Shown here: piece by piece, positions 1 through 8,734 of the stretch
Position numbering within the stretch: position 1 is the stretch's first letter
Layout of the letters: every line of letters starts with the position of its first letter
Translations under genes and position numbers: made by a program
Notes under the pieces: generated by a model
What the model was told of the DNA's origin: nothing
What the model saw: only the letters and a program-made list of their open reading frames with translations
The model's database searches: none
Assembly: GCA_032250835.1 (NCBI GenBank)
Contig: JAVVEA010000003.1
Coordinates: forward strand, 89,458 to 153,457
From: a bacterium
GTDB lineage: Bacteria; SAR324; XYD2-FULL-50-16
DNA: 64,000 nucleotides
Direction of reading: 5' to 3'

Positions 1-195
1 AAGGCGGCAGTTGTCACAATGGCCGCAGGAATTTTGGCTGTCGCAGTTGATCTGTTGGGCGAAGACCCGGGCCAGACTGGATTTGCCCAAGCCTTTTGGG
101 CCCAAAAAAAGATAGGCCGAGGGCAGGCGGTCGGCGGAACGGGCCGCCTCGAGCTGAGCGATTACCCGCGACTGTCCCAAGATTTCCCGGTTCAT
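1..195 (-). CDS. holB: DNA polymerase III delta' subunit, N-terminal part (runs off the window)
   Basis: Not in the ORF track. ATG at 195 overlaps the tmk stop. Translates MNREILGQSRVIAQLEAARSADRLPSAYLFLGPKGLGKSSLARVFAQQINCDSQNSCGHCDNCRL (P-loop-like GxxGxGKS plus Cys zinc cluster). tmk-holB is a conserved gene order. Confidence 0.9.
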   Translation of the reverse strand, partial: MNREILGQSRVIAQLEAARSADRLPSAYLFLGPKGLGKSSLARVFAQQINCDSQNSCGHCDNCRL

Positions 196-812
196 GACTC
201 GATGCGCTTGAGAACCTTTTGCACCACCTCATTATGGATCACTTCCACCGGACGGTTGGCGTCGATCACCAGGAACCGCTCCGGTGCCCGCGCAGCTAGC
301 TGCATATAGGCATGGTCGGTGGCTTCAAAAAAGGCCCGTTCCTCTGACTCCAAACGGCAGGGCTCCTCACCCTTGGCCTGATTGCGCAGGTTCAATCGCT
401 GGTGCGCCAGGGCGGGAGCGAGCCGGAAGAAGAGGGTTAAGGCCGGTAACTCTAGTTGGTCTTCTAAGGGCTTCAGCCAAGTTAGGTCCAGGCCCCGCCC
501 GCCGCCTTGATAGGCCAGGGTGGCGTCGTGGTAACGGTCGCATAACACCAGCTTGCCGGTTTTGAGCGCCGGGCGGATGACCTCTTCAACATGTTGGATG
601 CGGTCGGCCATGTAGAGCAATAACTCGGTGGTCGAGGTCATCTTGCGGTTTTGGGGGTCCAGTAAGATCCGGCGGATCTGCTGGCCGATTTCGGTGCCGC
701 CGGGCTGGCGGGTGAGCAGCGCGTCGGTGCCCCAGGCCTTTAGGGACTGTTCCAATAGCGTGACTTGGGTGCTCTTGCCGGAGCCGTCAATGCCCTCGAA
801 GGTGATCAGCAT
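192..812 (-). CDS. tmk: Thymidylate (dTMP) kinase
   Basis: ITFEGIDGSGKSTQ P-loop; CDRY and AYQGGGRG motifs. Confidence 0.97.
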   Translation of the reverse strand: MLITFEGIDGSGKSTQVTLLEQSLKAWGTDALLTRQPGGTEIGQQIRRILLDPQNRKMTSTTELLLYMADRIQHVEEVIRPALKTGKLVLCDRYHDATLAYQGGGRGLDLTWLKPLEDQLELPALTLFFRLAPALAHQRLNLRNQAKGEEPCRLESEERAFFEATDHAYMQLAARAPERFLVIDANRPVEVIHNEVVQKVLKRIES

Positions 813-814
813 GG

Positions 815-2095
815 CTAAACCCTTAGGATTTCGGCACCCAGCGCGTTCAGGCGCTGGTCGATGGCGGCGTAGCCCCGGTCGATCTGCTGGATGTTGTGGA
901 TCTCGCTGGTACCCTTAGCGCAGAGCGCAGCGATTAAGAGCGCCATACCGGCGCGGATGTCCGGGCTGGTCAGCGTCGTGGCGCGCAATAAAGAAGGCCC
1001 AACCACCACGGCGCGGTGGGGGTCACAAAGAACGATCTTGGCCCCCATGCCGATCAGCTTATCAACCCAAAATAGGCGGCTTTCAAAGAGCTTTTCAAAG
1101 ATCAATACGGTGCCTTTGCATTGGGTCGCCACGATGGTCATGATACTGGTTAAGTCAGCTGGAAAACCCGGCCAGGGGGCGTCATCGATCTTCGGGATGG
1201 ACTGGTCCAGATCGTTTTGGATCACCATCTTTTGTTTCGCCGGGATCAATAAATCGTCCTTGCCTTGGTGAACTACCTCAACACCCAGACGCTTAAAGTA
1301 GCTCAAGATTTGTCCCAAATGGGCCCAGCCCGCGTCTTTGATCAAAATTTCGCTCTTGGTCACTGCTGCCAAGCCGATCAAGCTGCCCACCTCGGTGTGG
1401 TCCGGTTGGATGGTATAATCACAGCCGCCCAACCGCTCGACACCTTGGACTACCAGCAGGTTGCTGCCGATGCCCGAAATTTTGGCACCCATTAGGTTGA
1501 GCATCTGGCAAAGCCCCTGTACGTGAGGCTCACAGGCGGCGTTGTAGATGCTGGTGGTGCCCTTGGCTAGGGCTGCGGCCATGACCAAATGTTCGGTCGC
1601 CATAACCGAAGCCTCATCAAGCAGCAAATGCGCGCCGCTCAGCCCTTTGGTGGTGACTTGGTACCCGCCGGGCTTGGAGGTGAACTTTAGGCCTAGTTGC
1701 TCTAGGCCATGGATATGGGTGTCTAGGCGGCGCTTGCCGATGGCGTCCCCACCGGGCTCATAGACCTTGGTCTTGCCACCGCGGATCGCCAAAGGGGCGG
1801 CCAGCAGAAAGCTACCCCGGATGGCGCGGGCCAAGCCTGCTTCGGGCTCATGGCTGACCAATTTGCCGGCGTCGAACTGGTAGGTGTTTTCGCCCTTGTA
1901 GGTAATGGTCACGCCCAGGCCTTCTAAGATCTCCTTCATCTTGCCGATGTCGCCGATGTGCGGGAGATTGTGGATGGTGACCGGCTCTTCGGTCAGCAGC
2001 ACCGCCGCCAGAACGGGCAGGGCCTCGTTCTTGTTGCCCGAGGGACGGATTTCGCCCTTCAGTTGGTTGCCGCCCTTGACGATAAATTTTTCCAT
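815..2095 (-). CDS. murA: UDP-N-acetylglucosamine 1-carboxyvinyltransferase
   Basis: SGNKNEALP, PGGDAIGKRRLDTH (Asp at the Cys115-equivalent position), PWPGFPAD, DIRAG and IDRGY motifs. Confidence 0.95.
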   Translation of the reverse strand: MEKFIVKGGNQLKGEIRPSGNKNEALPVLAAVLLTEEPVTIHNLPHIGDIGKMKEILEGLGVTITYKGENTYQFDAGKLVSHEPEAGLARAIRGSFLLAAPLAIRGGKTKVYEPGGDAIGKRRLDTHIHGLEQLGLKFTSKPGGYQVTTKGLSGAHLLLDEASVMATEHLVMAAALAKGTTSIYNAACEPHVQGLCQMLNLMGAKISGIGSNLLVVQGVERLGGCDYTIQPDHTEVGSLIGLAAVTKSEILIKDAGWAHLGQILSYFKRLGVEVVHQGKDDLLIPAKQKMVIQNDLDQSIPKIDDAPWPGFPADLTSIMTIVATQCKGTVLIFEKLFESRLFWVDKLIGMGAKIVLCDPHRAVVVGPSLLRATTLTSPDIRAGMALLIAALCAKGTSEIHNIQQIDRGYAAIDQRLNALGAEILRV

Positions 2096-2261
2096 AAAGC
2101 TGGTAGAACCGGGAGTTTACAGGCCTGGGGTTTGTTCTCGATTCTTCCAGAGCCAACCCCAAAGGTCAATTTTTTTGGGGCGATTTTGGGGGCTTGGGGA
2201 TTATGTGTTGGCTGAAATTAAACCGAAAAAACCGGCGGGAATTGGGGGCTTGTGCTTGGGT

Positions 2262-2458
2262 ACGCCCTCAAGCGTCGCTTCGCTTGCTTGTCGGGTTAAA
2301 TTCAGCGCGGGGAGCTCCGCTTCTAGGGCTATTTTGAATCCCAATTCCCTGCTCCTTCCAGGCTCTGAGAAAAACCACTCAAAGCGCTGGATTAGTAAGA
2401 ATTGCTCTTTATGAACTCATCTTTACCCTGAACATCCCTTCAAAGGGGGTCCACCTCC
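2262..2458 (+). repeat. ~195-bp intergenic repeat, copy A (inverted relative to 3627-3824)
   Basis: Starts ACGCCCTCAAGCGTCGCT, which is identical to the reverse complement of 3807-3824. Aligns by eye through CAGCGCGGGGA, TCCCAATTC, GCGCTGGATTAGT and CCCTTC.AAGGGG. Confidence 0.9.
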
Positions 2459-2484
2459 GGTGGCTCTGCTTTATTGGCGTTGGT

Positions 2485-3543
2485 TTAAATATCCACCCTT
2501 CTCGGCACCGGGCTGGCACCGCCGGGCTGGTCGGCGAAGTGTCCGTGGACTTGGGCTCCGCAATGGCGGCAGTAGCCGCCGGGGCCCAATTGGTAGCTAA
2601 GGATCTGGTAGCGGTCCCGCTGGATCACTAGGCCGCTGCAACGGGGGCAGTGGGTCGCGTCGCCTTCGGGGTGGTAGACATTGCCGGTGTAGACGTAGTG
2701 TAACCCCGCCTCCAGGCCAATCTGGCGAGCGCGGTCTAGAGATTCTAAGCCGGTCCTGGGGTGGCCTAACATTTGGTGGTCTGGATGGAAAGCTGAGATA
2801 TGCCAGGGGACCTGGGGCCCCAAGGCCTCAACCATCCATTGGGCCATGGCCTCCAATTCTGCCGGATCATCGTTTTCCCCCTCAATCAATAGGGTGGTCA
2901 CTTCCAACCAAACCTTCGTCTCCTGGGCCAAATAAACCAGCGTCTCCTTGACCGGACTCAGCCGCCCACCGCAAAGCCGGTGGTAAAAGTGGTCATCAAA
3001 GGCCTTGAGGTCCACGTTCGCCGCCGAGACGTCTTTAAACAAGGCCTCGCGCGGCTCCTCGTTGACGTAACCAGCGGTGACCAAAACCACCTCCACCCCG
3101 GCGGCCCGGCAAGCCGCCGCTAGGTCGATGGCAAACTCAGCATAAATCACCGGGTCGTTGTAGGTTAACGCAACGCTCCGCGCGCCCGCCTCGATTGCTG
3201 CCTGGGCCAACTGTTCGGGCGTGACCGGGCGGGCCAGATGGTCCCAGTGTTTTTCTTTGCTGATGCCCCAGTTTTGGCAAAACTTACAGGACAAATTGCA
3301 GCCAATGGTGCCCAGGCTGAGCACCGCGCTGCCGGGATAAAAGTGGTTTAGCGGCTTTTTTTCGATGGGGTCTAGCTGGAAGCCGCTAGAAAGGCCGTAG
3401 GAATTGAGGTAGAGTTGGCCACCCCGGTTCTCGCGGTTTTGGCAAAAACCGACCTGTCCGGGCTTGATCACGCAGGCCCTGGGGCAGAGCTGGCAGCGCA
3501 GCTTTTGGTGTTCTAAGGGTTCAAAATATTGCGCTTGTCGCAT
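2485..3543 (-). CDS. amrS: AmmeMemoRadiSam system radical SAM enzyme (PFL-activase-like)
   Basis: N-terminal CQLCPRAC; DPIEKKPLNHFYPG; CNLSCKFCQNW radical SAM motif; C-terminal CPRC...CRHC. Start moved to ATG 3543 (MRQAQYF) because the upstream extension lies in repeat DNA. Confidence 0.88.
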   Translation of the reverse strand: MRQAQYFEPLEHQKLRCQLCPRACVIKPGQVGFCQNRENRGGQLYLNSYGLSSGFQLDPIEKKPLNHFYPGSAVLSLGTIGCNLSCKFCQNWGISKEKHWDHLARPVTPEQLAQAAIEAGARSVALTYNDPVIYAEFAIDLAAACRAAGVEVVLVTAGYVNEEPREALFKDVSAANVDLKAFDDHFYHRLCGGRLSPVKETLVYLAQETKVWLEVTTLLIEGENDDPAELEAMAQWMVEALGPQVPWHISAFHPDHQMLGHPRTGLESLDRARQIGLEAGLHYVYTGNVYHPEGDATHCPRCSGLVIQRDRYQILSYQLGPGGYCRHCGAQVHGHFADQPGGASPVPRRVDI

Positions 3544-3626
3544 GACTGTTGCCGGTAAGAGAACAAAACAAGCGGGGTCCAGGGGCCATCGGCCCTTGGC
3601 GGGGGAGTAGGCGGCTTGCCGCCGCG

Positions 3627-3824
3627 AGGGGGCGGAGCCCCTTCGAAGGGACGTAAAAGGTAAAGTTGAACTCAAAAAGAGCAAGTTCTAACTAATCCAG
3701 CGCCTTGAGGGACTTCCATCGGGCCCTGGAAGAACAAAGAATTGGGATCCAAAGCAGCCCCAGAATCGCAGTTCCCCGCGCTGGATTCGCCCCGTTAAGC
3801 GAGTGCAGCGACGCTTGAGGGCGT
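3627..3824 (-). repeat. ~195-bp intergenic repeat, copy B, continuing into a GC-rich multi-hairpin tract (3574-3645)
   Basis: Reverse complement aligns with 2262-2458. Internal stem AATCCAGCGC...GCGCTGGATT. Confidence 0.9.
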
Positions 3825-3926
3825 GAATCCTAAAATGTATCCCCTGCGGTTGGCAATCAATCGCCCCAACCCTTGAAGTGAACGCACTTATCCCTTCCCT
3901 GCTGTTGTTATATTAGCTGATCAAAG

Positions 3927-3956
3927 CCTTGGGGCCAAGAGGCTTTGGCCCAGGGG
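3927..3956 (-). terminator. Probable intrinsic terminator of selD
   Basis: TGGGGCCAA-N6-TTGGCCCCA hairpin just past the selD stop, followed by a short T run on the minus strand. Confidence 0.55.
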
Positions 3957-3957
3957 A

Positions 3958-5007
3958 CTACAAAACCCGCAATTTAGCCGGGCCTTTGCGGAAATGGCCG
4001 ATGCAGACCGCATCGGTCACCCCGCTTTGGGCGAGACCGCGCATGAAAACCGCCTCAATCGACTCGGGCACCGCAAAGAGCAAGCCCCCGGAGGTCTGCG
4101 GGTCGAACAATAATTCTTCTTCGGCGGCGCTTAACGAAGCGGGCAACTCCAAAAATCCTTCCATCAGCTTGCGGTTGTCGCCGTTGCTGCGGGTGGTCAC
4201 GCCTTTTTGGTACATGTCCAGCGCCCCGTCGTAAAAGGGCAGGCGGGCATGTTGTAATTCTAAGGTCAGGCCCGCGCCGCGGGCCATCTCTAGGCCATGG
4301 CCCAAGATGCCAAAGCCGGTCACGTCCGTGGCGGCGTGGATTTCTAGGCCCTGGGCCGCCTCTTTGGCCAGCCGGTTCAGTTTGCACAAAGAAGGGATCA
4401 CCTGCGCTTGCAAAGCCGAGTAAGAAAATTTATTGCCCCGCACCGCGTTGAGCAAAACGCCGGAGCCCAGCGGTTTGGTCAAAATCAAGGCGTCTCCTTC
4501 GCGGGCCCCATTATTACGCCAGATTTCGCCAGGGTGGACTTGCCCGGTGACCGAAAGGCCGTATTTGGGTTCTTCGTCCTCGACGCTATGCCCGCCGATG
4601 ATCACCGCCCCGGCTTCGCCCACCTTGTCGGCTCCGCCGCGCAGGATTTCTTTTAAGACCGCCAAAGACAATTTTTTGGTCGGGAACATGACCAAGTTCA
4701 TGGCCGTCAAGGGCTCGCCGCCCATCGCGTAAATGTCGCTTAAGCTGTTGGCGGCGGCGATCTGTCCGAAGATATAAGGGTCGTCTACGGCGGGGGTGAT
4801 GAAGTCCACGGTGTTGACCAACGCTAAGGTCGGCGAAAGTTGATACACCCCGGCGTCGTCGGAAGTTTCGGTCCCGACCAATAACTGGGGATGTGTCGTC
4901 GAGCCCAGTCCCGACAATGCTTCCGACAGACCTGTCGGCCCTAGCTTAGCGGCTCAGCCGCAGGTTTTTGCTAGGTGCGTCAGGCGTTTTTTCTTCTTAA
5001 ACCACAT
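3958..5007 (-). CDS. selD: Selenide, water dikinase (selenophosphate synthetase), selenoprotein with Sec18
   Basis: AGGAG RBS and ATG at 5007 give MWFKKKKRLTHLAKTCG-UGA(4956-4954)-AAKLGP in frame with the listed 3958..4917 ORF. DDAGVY, TVDF, NSLSDIYAMGG, GGHS, TDVTGFG and DPQTSGGLL motifs. Confidence 0.95.
4923..4938 (-). promoter_or_regulatory. SECIS element of selD
   Basis: mRNA CCGACA-GGUC-UGUCGG hairpin starting 15 nt 3' of the in-frame UGA. The apex CAGGUCUG matches the E. coli fdhF SECIS apex. Confidence 0.85.
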
Positions 5008-5134
5008 CTCTTGGTTGCTCCTAAAGTTGAGGTTTGAGGTTAGCAGGTCCCACCAAAGGCGGCAATTGGCTTGTCAGTCGGGGCCGATTTGGAGTACCTT
5101 GGGGGGCGAAATCAACGATCCATTAAGGGGATTT

Positions 5135-6076
5135 ATGGCCGTTAGTACAGACTTGGGCTTTGGCGTGTTCTGCGTTGAGCTAAGCGACCAAAAGGGCAAG
5201 TACCCGATCTCGGGCTTTCTCTTGTTAGATCGCCTGAAGTGTGTGGTCGAGACCGGGCCTTCGGGGGCCCATGGCAACCTGCTCAAAGCCCTAGAAGAAA
5301 GGGGCGTTGCCTTAACCGACCTAGACGCGATCATCGTCACCCACATCCACCTAGACCATAGCGGCGGCGCGGGCCTGCTGGCCCAAAAATGCCCCAACGC
5401 CAAAATCTATGTACACTCGCGCGGTGCGCAACACTTGACGGACCCCAGCAAGCTTGAAGCCAGCGCCCGTGAGGTCTATGGGCCTCTGTTCGAGACGCTT
5501 TTTGCGCCGATTGTGCCGGTGGACCCCGAGCGGCTGGTGGTCATGAAAGACGGGGACCGCTTAGAGGTGGGGCCGGGCCGGGTCTTGGAATTTTACGATG
5601 CGCCGGGCCATGCGCTGCACCATTTTTTTGTCTTCGACCCTAAGTCCCAAGGGATCTTTAGCGGCGACGCCGCCGGAATGCTCTACAAAGACGCCGAACT
5701 GGCCCACGGGGCTAGCCTCTGCCTGCCCGCCACCACGCCGGTCCAGTTTGACCCCGCCGCCATGGCCGCAACGGCACGGCGCATGAAGGAGTTAAACCCG
5801 GCGCGCATCTACTACACCCACTTCGGCCACACCGAAAAGGCTGTAGAGATGCTCGACGAAATGCTCTTTTGGCTGCCCCTGTATGGCAGCGTGGCCATTG
5901 AAGAATACAAACGCCACCGGGACGTGGAGCAACTTGCCGAGTTTCTGTTCCAGCGCATCTTGGCCGAAGCCGCCGCCCGAGGCATCCCCGATGACAGCCA
6001 CATGAACGGCCTACGCTTCGACTGCGGCCTCAACGCCCAAGGCATCGCCGCCCGGGTGGCGTATGAGGAGCGGTAA
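5135..6076 (+). CDS. MBL-fold metallo-hydrolase
   Basis: THIHLDHSGG (HxHxDH), APGHALHH, FSGD and THFG motifs. Start at ATG 5135 after AAGGGG. Confidence 0.9.
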   Translation: MAVSTDLGFGVFCVELSDQKGKYPISGFLLLDRLKCVVETGPSGAHGNLLKALEERGVALTDLDAIIVTHIHLDHSGGAGLLAQKCPNAKIYVHSRGAQHLTDPSKLEASAREVYGPLFETLFAPIVPVDPERLVVMKDGDRLEVGPGRVLEFYDAPGHALHHFFVFDPKSQGIFSGDAAGMLYKDAELAHGASLCLPATTPVQFDPAAMAATARRMKELNPARIYYTHFGHTEKAVEMLDEMLFWLPLYGSVAIEEYKRHRDVEQLAEFLFQRILAEAAARGIPDDSHMNGLRFDCGLNAQGIAARVAYEER

Positions 6077-6083
6077 GGGCGAA

Positions 6084-6647
6084 TTAGGGGAGGTTTGAGA
6101 TCATGCGTTGCAGGCCCAAAACCAATTGCTTAAAGCTTTCTGAACGATTGTTTGAGAGGTTTAACAAGGGTGAAATCTCTCTGGAGCCAGAAACCTTTTG
6201 GTATTGAAAGTTAGTTAAAGCTTCAAGCTCAGTACAGGGATTTTGGAGGTTGTCTGGCGCTCGATATTTTTTCTTTTCCTGCTGGCTGCTCAATCCGGGC
6301 AGGTCTAAAGCCCGTTCAACTGCCTCTAAGTCACCTAAATAAAAGCTCTCAAGTTCACGGCAAGCAATGCGTACCAAAACGTTTTCTTTGCCAGCTTGTC
6401 TGCATATGTCTTGTAGGTTGCTTTTTACCTGAAGGCAGTCACCTCGATCCTGATCCCTTAGGATTACAAAATGGGTATCTGGGAGGTTCCAGTGCTTCAG
6501 TTTTTTTAATAGGTTCTTTTCTAGATCTTGTTTTCCATTGAATTTTATATATTTTATGGAAATTTCTTCGGGTACAATCTTAGGTAAGATTCCTTCCAAC
6601 ATCTTTTCTGCCGATAGCTCTTCTAAAAAGAAAGCAATGGTCTTCAT
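6084..6647 (-). CDS. DUF4276-type TOPRIM-like protein (putative nuclease effector)
   Basis: N-terminal hhhEE (FFLEELS), DxD (RDQD), ELESFYLGD and YQKV motifs. ATGA-type overlap with the upstream ATPase. Confidence 0.75.
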   Translation of the reverse strand: MKTIAFFLEELSAEKMLEGILPKIVPEEISIKYIKFNGKQDLEKNLLKKLKHWNLPDTHFVILRDQDRGDCLQVKSNLQDICRQAGKENVLVRIACRELESFYLGDLEAVERALDLPGLSSQQEKKKYRAPDNLQNPCTELEALTNFQYQKVSGSREISPLLNLSNNRSESFKQLVLGLQRMISNLP

Positions 6648-7828
6648 GGATTTAGGTTAGTGAAAAAACCTTGGTCCCACAAATAACCCATTTTATCTCC
6701 CTCTTCCATATAGGCCACGATTTGAGGGTCGCTATTGGCGGGAATGATTTGGGTGTATCCGTCCTTTTTTACCAGTAAAAAAACCTCATCCACCGTAGTG
6801 GCGTTCAAAAAATCTGGGGAGTGTGTTGATACAAACACTTGGCCACCGCGCCGGGCATAGGACCGGAATTCTTCGGCTAGCTCCACCAGTAACGAGGGGT
6901 ACAACTGGTTTTCCGGCTCTTCAACACAAAGCAAGGGGTGAGGCGCAGGGTCGTAAAGCAACACCAGATAAGCTAGCATCTTGATGGTGCCGTCTGAAAC
7001 ATGGCGCGCCAAAAAAGGGTCTTCAAAGGCACCGTCTTGGAATTTGAGCAAAACCCGACCTTCCTCGGTGGTTTTTGCTTCTACGTTCAAGATACCTGGC
7101 ACTCGTTGTTGCAATAGGTGCAATATCTTTTCAAATGTTTTTGGATGGTTCTTGTGCAGGTACTCTGTAACCAGAGAAAGGTTTTCGCCTTCCTTGGATA
7201 AATGTTCTGCATAGCCAGCTTCTTGTTCGGGGCGTGCCCGGTTGATGTGGAAATCTGAAACGTGCCAGTTTTCAATGAGGTCGCCCAGAACCACCACCGC
7301 AGGGAACCGCTCGAATTGTGCTAGCCCCTTAATTGCCAGAATATCTGGGGCTTTCAACGATTGTTCTTCTCTTGCTAGCTCTTTTATATCATTTACTTTA
7401 TCAAGCTCATTGGTAACGGCAATGCCTTTGCCGTTGCTGAAATCTAAAAAATGCCAAGGTTGACCTCCGCTCCCTCTGCGGTACTTTAGGACTTCCCTGG
7501 CGATATAGGCTTTCGAGTTGTTGATATCTATTTGCAAAAAGTAAGTGATTAGAGGTGATTCGGGAGTGTCACGAAACTTTAATTCAATCTCCATAGGCCC
7601 TTCGGTATTGCGCGCCCGAACTTCAGAAAACCCCCTGCTTCCGCCTAGCCTGGAAAGCGCAGCATTGATGTTGCTGGACATAGCATCGCGCAGGAACCCG
7701 AAAACACTAAAAATAGTGCTTTTTCCCACACCATTGGCCCCGACAAAAACACAAAAACTAGGAATATTGGTCAGTTCGGCATCCTTAAAGGCTTTGAAGT
7801 TTTTTAACCGAATACTTTCGATTTTCAT
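6644..7828 (-). CDS. Soluble ABC-type ATPase (AAA_15/AAA_21, OLD/RecF-like clade)
   Basis: IRLKNFKAF; Walker A GANGVGKS; signature VSDGT; Walker B LLCVEEPEN; H-loop STHSP; no TM segments. Confidence 0.9.
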   Translation of the reverse strand: MKIESIRLKNFKAFKDAELTNIPSFCVFVGANGVGKSTIFSVFGFLRDAMSSNINAALSRLGGSRGFSEVRARNTEGPMEIELKFRDTPESPLITYFLQIDINNSKAYIAREVLKYRRGSGGQPWHFLDFSNGKGIAVTNELDKVNDIKELAREEQSLKAPDILAIKGLAQFERFPAVVVLGDLIENWHVSDFHINRARPEQEAGYAEHLSKEGENLSLVTEYLHKNHPKTFEKILHLLQQRVPGILNVEAKTTEEGRVLLKFQDGAFEDPFLARHVSDGTIKMLAYLVLLYDPAPHPLLCVEEPENQLYPSLLVELAEEFRSYARRGGQVFVSTHSPDFLNATTVDEVFLLVKKDGYTQIIPANSDPQIVAYMEEGDKMGYLWDQGFFTNLNP

Positions 7829-7927
7829 CGATATTTCCAGGCAGAGTTTAAAATTAAAGTAAAATTTGAGTCGGGATTATGCGCTTGTAGCGGCCTATTT
7901 GACAATTATCGGGGGGACCGAACTCCC

Positions 7928-8734
7928 CTACCCCCGGCCCAACTCCTCGGACCGGGCCTTGGCCGCTTCGATCCCGGCGATCAGGCCGTCCTTGACGCCC
8001 CGATCCTCAAAGACGTTTAAGGCTGCTTCGGTGGTGCCGCCTTTGCTGGTGACTTTGGCGCGCAGGTCGCCAGCTTCTTCGTCGCTGCTGGCCAGCAGGG
8101 TGGCGGCACCCATGACGGTTTGGGTGACCAACTGGCGTGCATCTTTGGGAGCGAAACCAAAGTTAAGGGCCGCTTGCATCATCGCTTCGGCCAAATAAAA
8201 CACATAGGCCGGGCCGCTACCGCTGACGGCGGTGCTGGCGTCGATAAAACTCTCGTTTTCCACCTCCATCGCCACACCCAAAGCCCCCAAGACCACCTGG
8301 GCGATGGCCAATTCTTCTTGGCCGACCTCTGGGTCACCGCAGAAGGTGGTCATGCCTTGTAAGATGGCCGAAGGCGTGTTGGGCATAGCGCGGATCAGCT
8401 TGCCTTGGGGTAGGTGCTGGCGCATTTTGGCCAGCGTGACCCCGGCCATGATGGAGATGATTAAGGTTTCCGGGCCCACCCGCTCGGCTAAGTGGTCCAT
8501 GGCCTCGCCCGAGTCTTGGGGCTTGACGGCCAAGATCACCAGTTCAGGGCGCTCGGCCAAATCGCTCAACTGGGCCAAGAGCTTGACCCCTTTACCCTCT
8601 AAGCTTAAGGTCTGCGGCGTCTGGCGGCGCTCGACCAGGGTCAGGTCTTGGCGCTCAAAGATTCGTTTTTCCAACAAACCCTGGGCAATGGCCGAACCCA
8701 TGTTCCCGCAGCCTAAGATCAACGCAGATTTCAT
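7928..8734 (-). CDS. proC: Pyrroline-5-carboxylate reductase
   Basis: GCGNMG, LAVKPQ, RAMPNTP, SGSGPAY and VTSKGGTT motifs. Confidence 0.97.
   Translation of the reverse strand: MKSALILGCGNMGSAIAQGLLEKRIFERQDLTLVERRQTPQTLSLEGKGVKLLAQLSDLAERPELVILAVKPQDSGEAMDHLAERVGPETLIISIMAGVTLAKMRQHLPQGKLIRAMPNTPSAILQGMTTFCGDPEVGQEELAIAQVVLGALGVAMEVENESFIDASTAVSGSGPAYVFYLAEAMMQAALNFGFAPKDARQLVTQTVMGAATLLASSDEEAGDLRAKVTSKGGTTEAALNVFEDRGVKDGLIAGIEAAKARSEELGRG

Noticed and set aside
1-195. Frameshift in holB at the poly-T run near 104-110
   Set aside because: Counting seven T's keeps the frame open (YLFLGPKGLGKS); no shift is needed.
3544-3684. N-terminal extension of amrS given in the ORF track
   Set aside because: Lies entirely in palindromic repeat DNA; family similarity starts at MRQAQYF (3543).
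3958-4917. selD as a truncated gene or pseudogene starting at TTG 4917
   Set aside because: Upstream RBS/ATG, catalytic-position UGA and SECIS hairpin indicate selenocysteine read-through.
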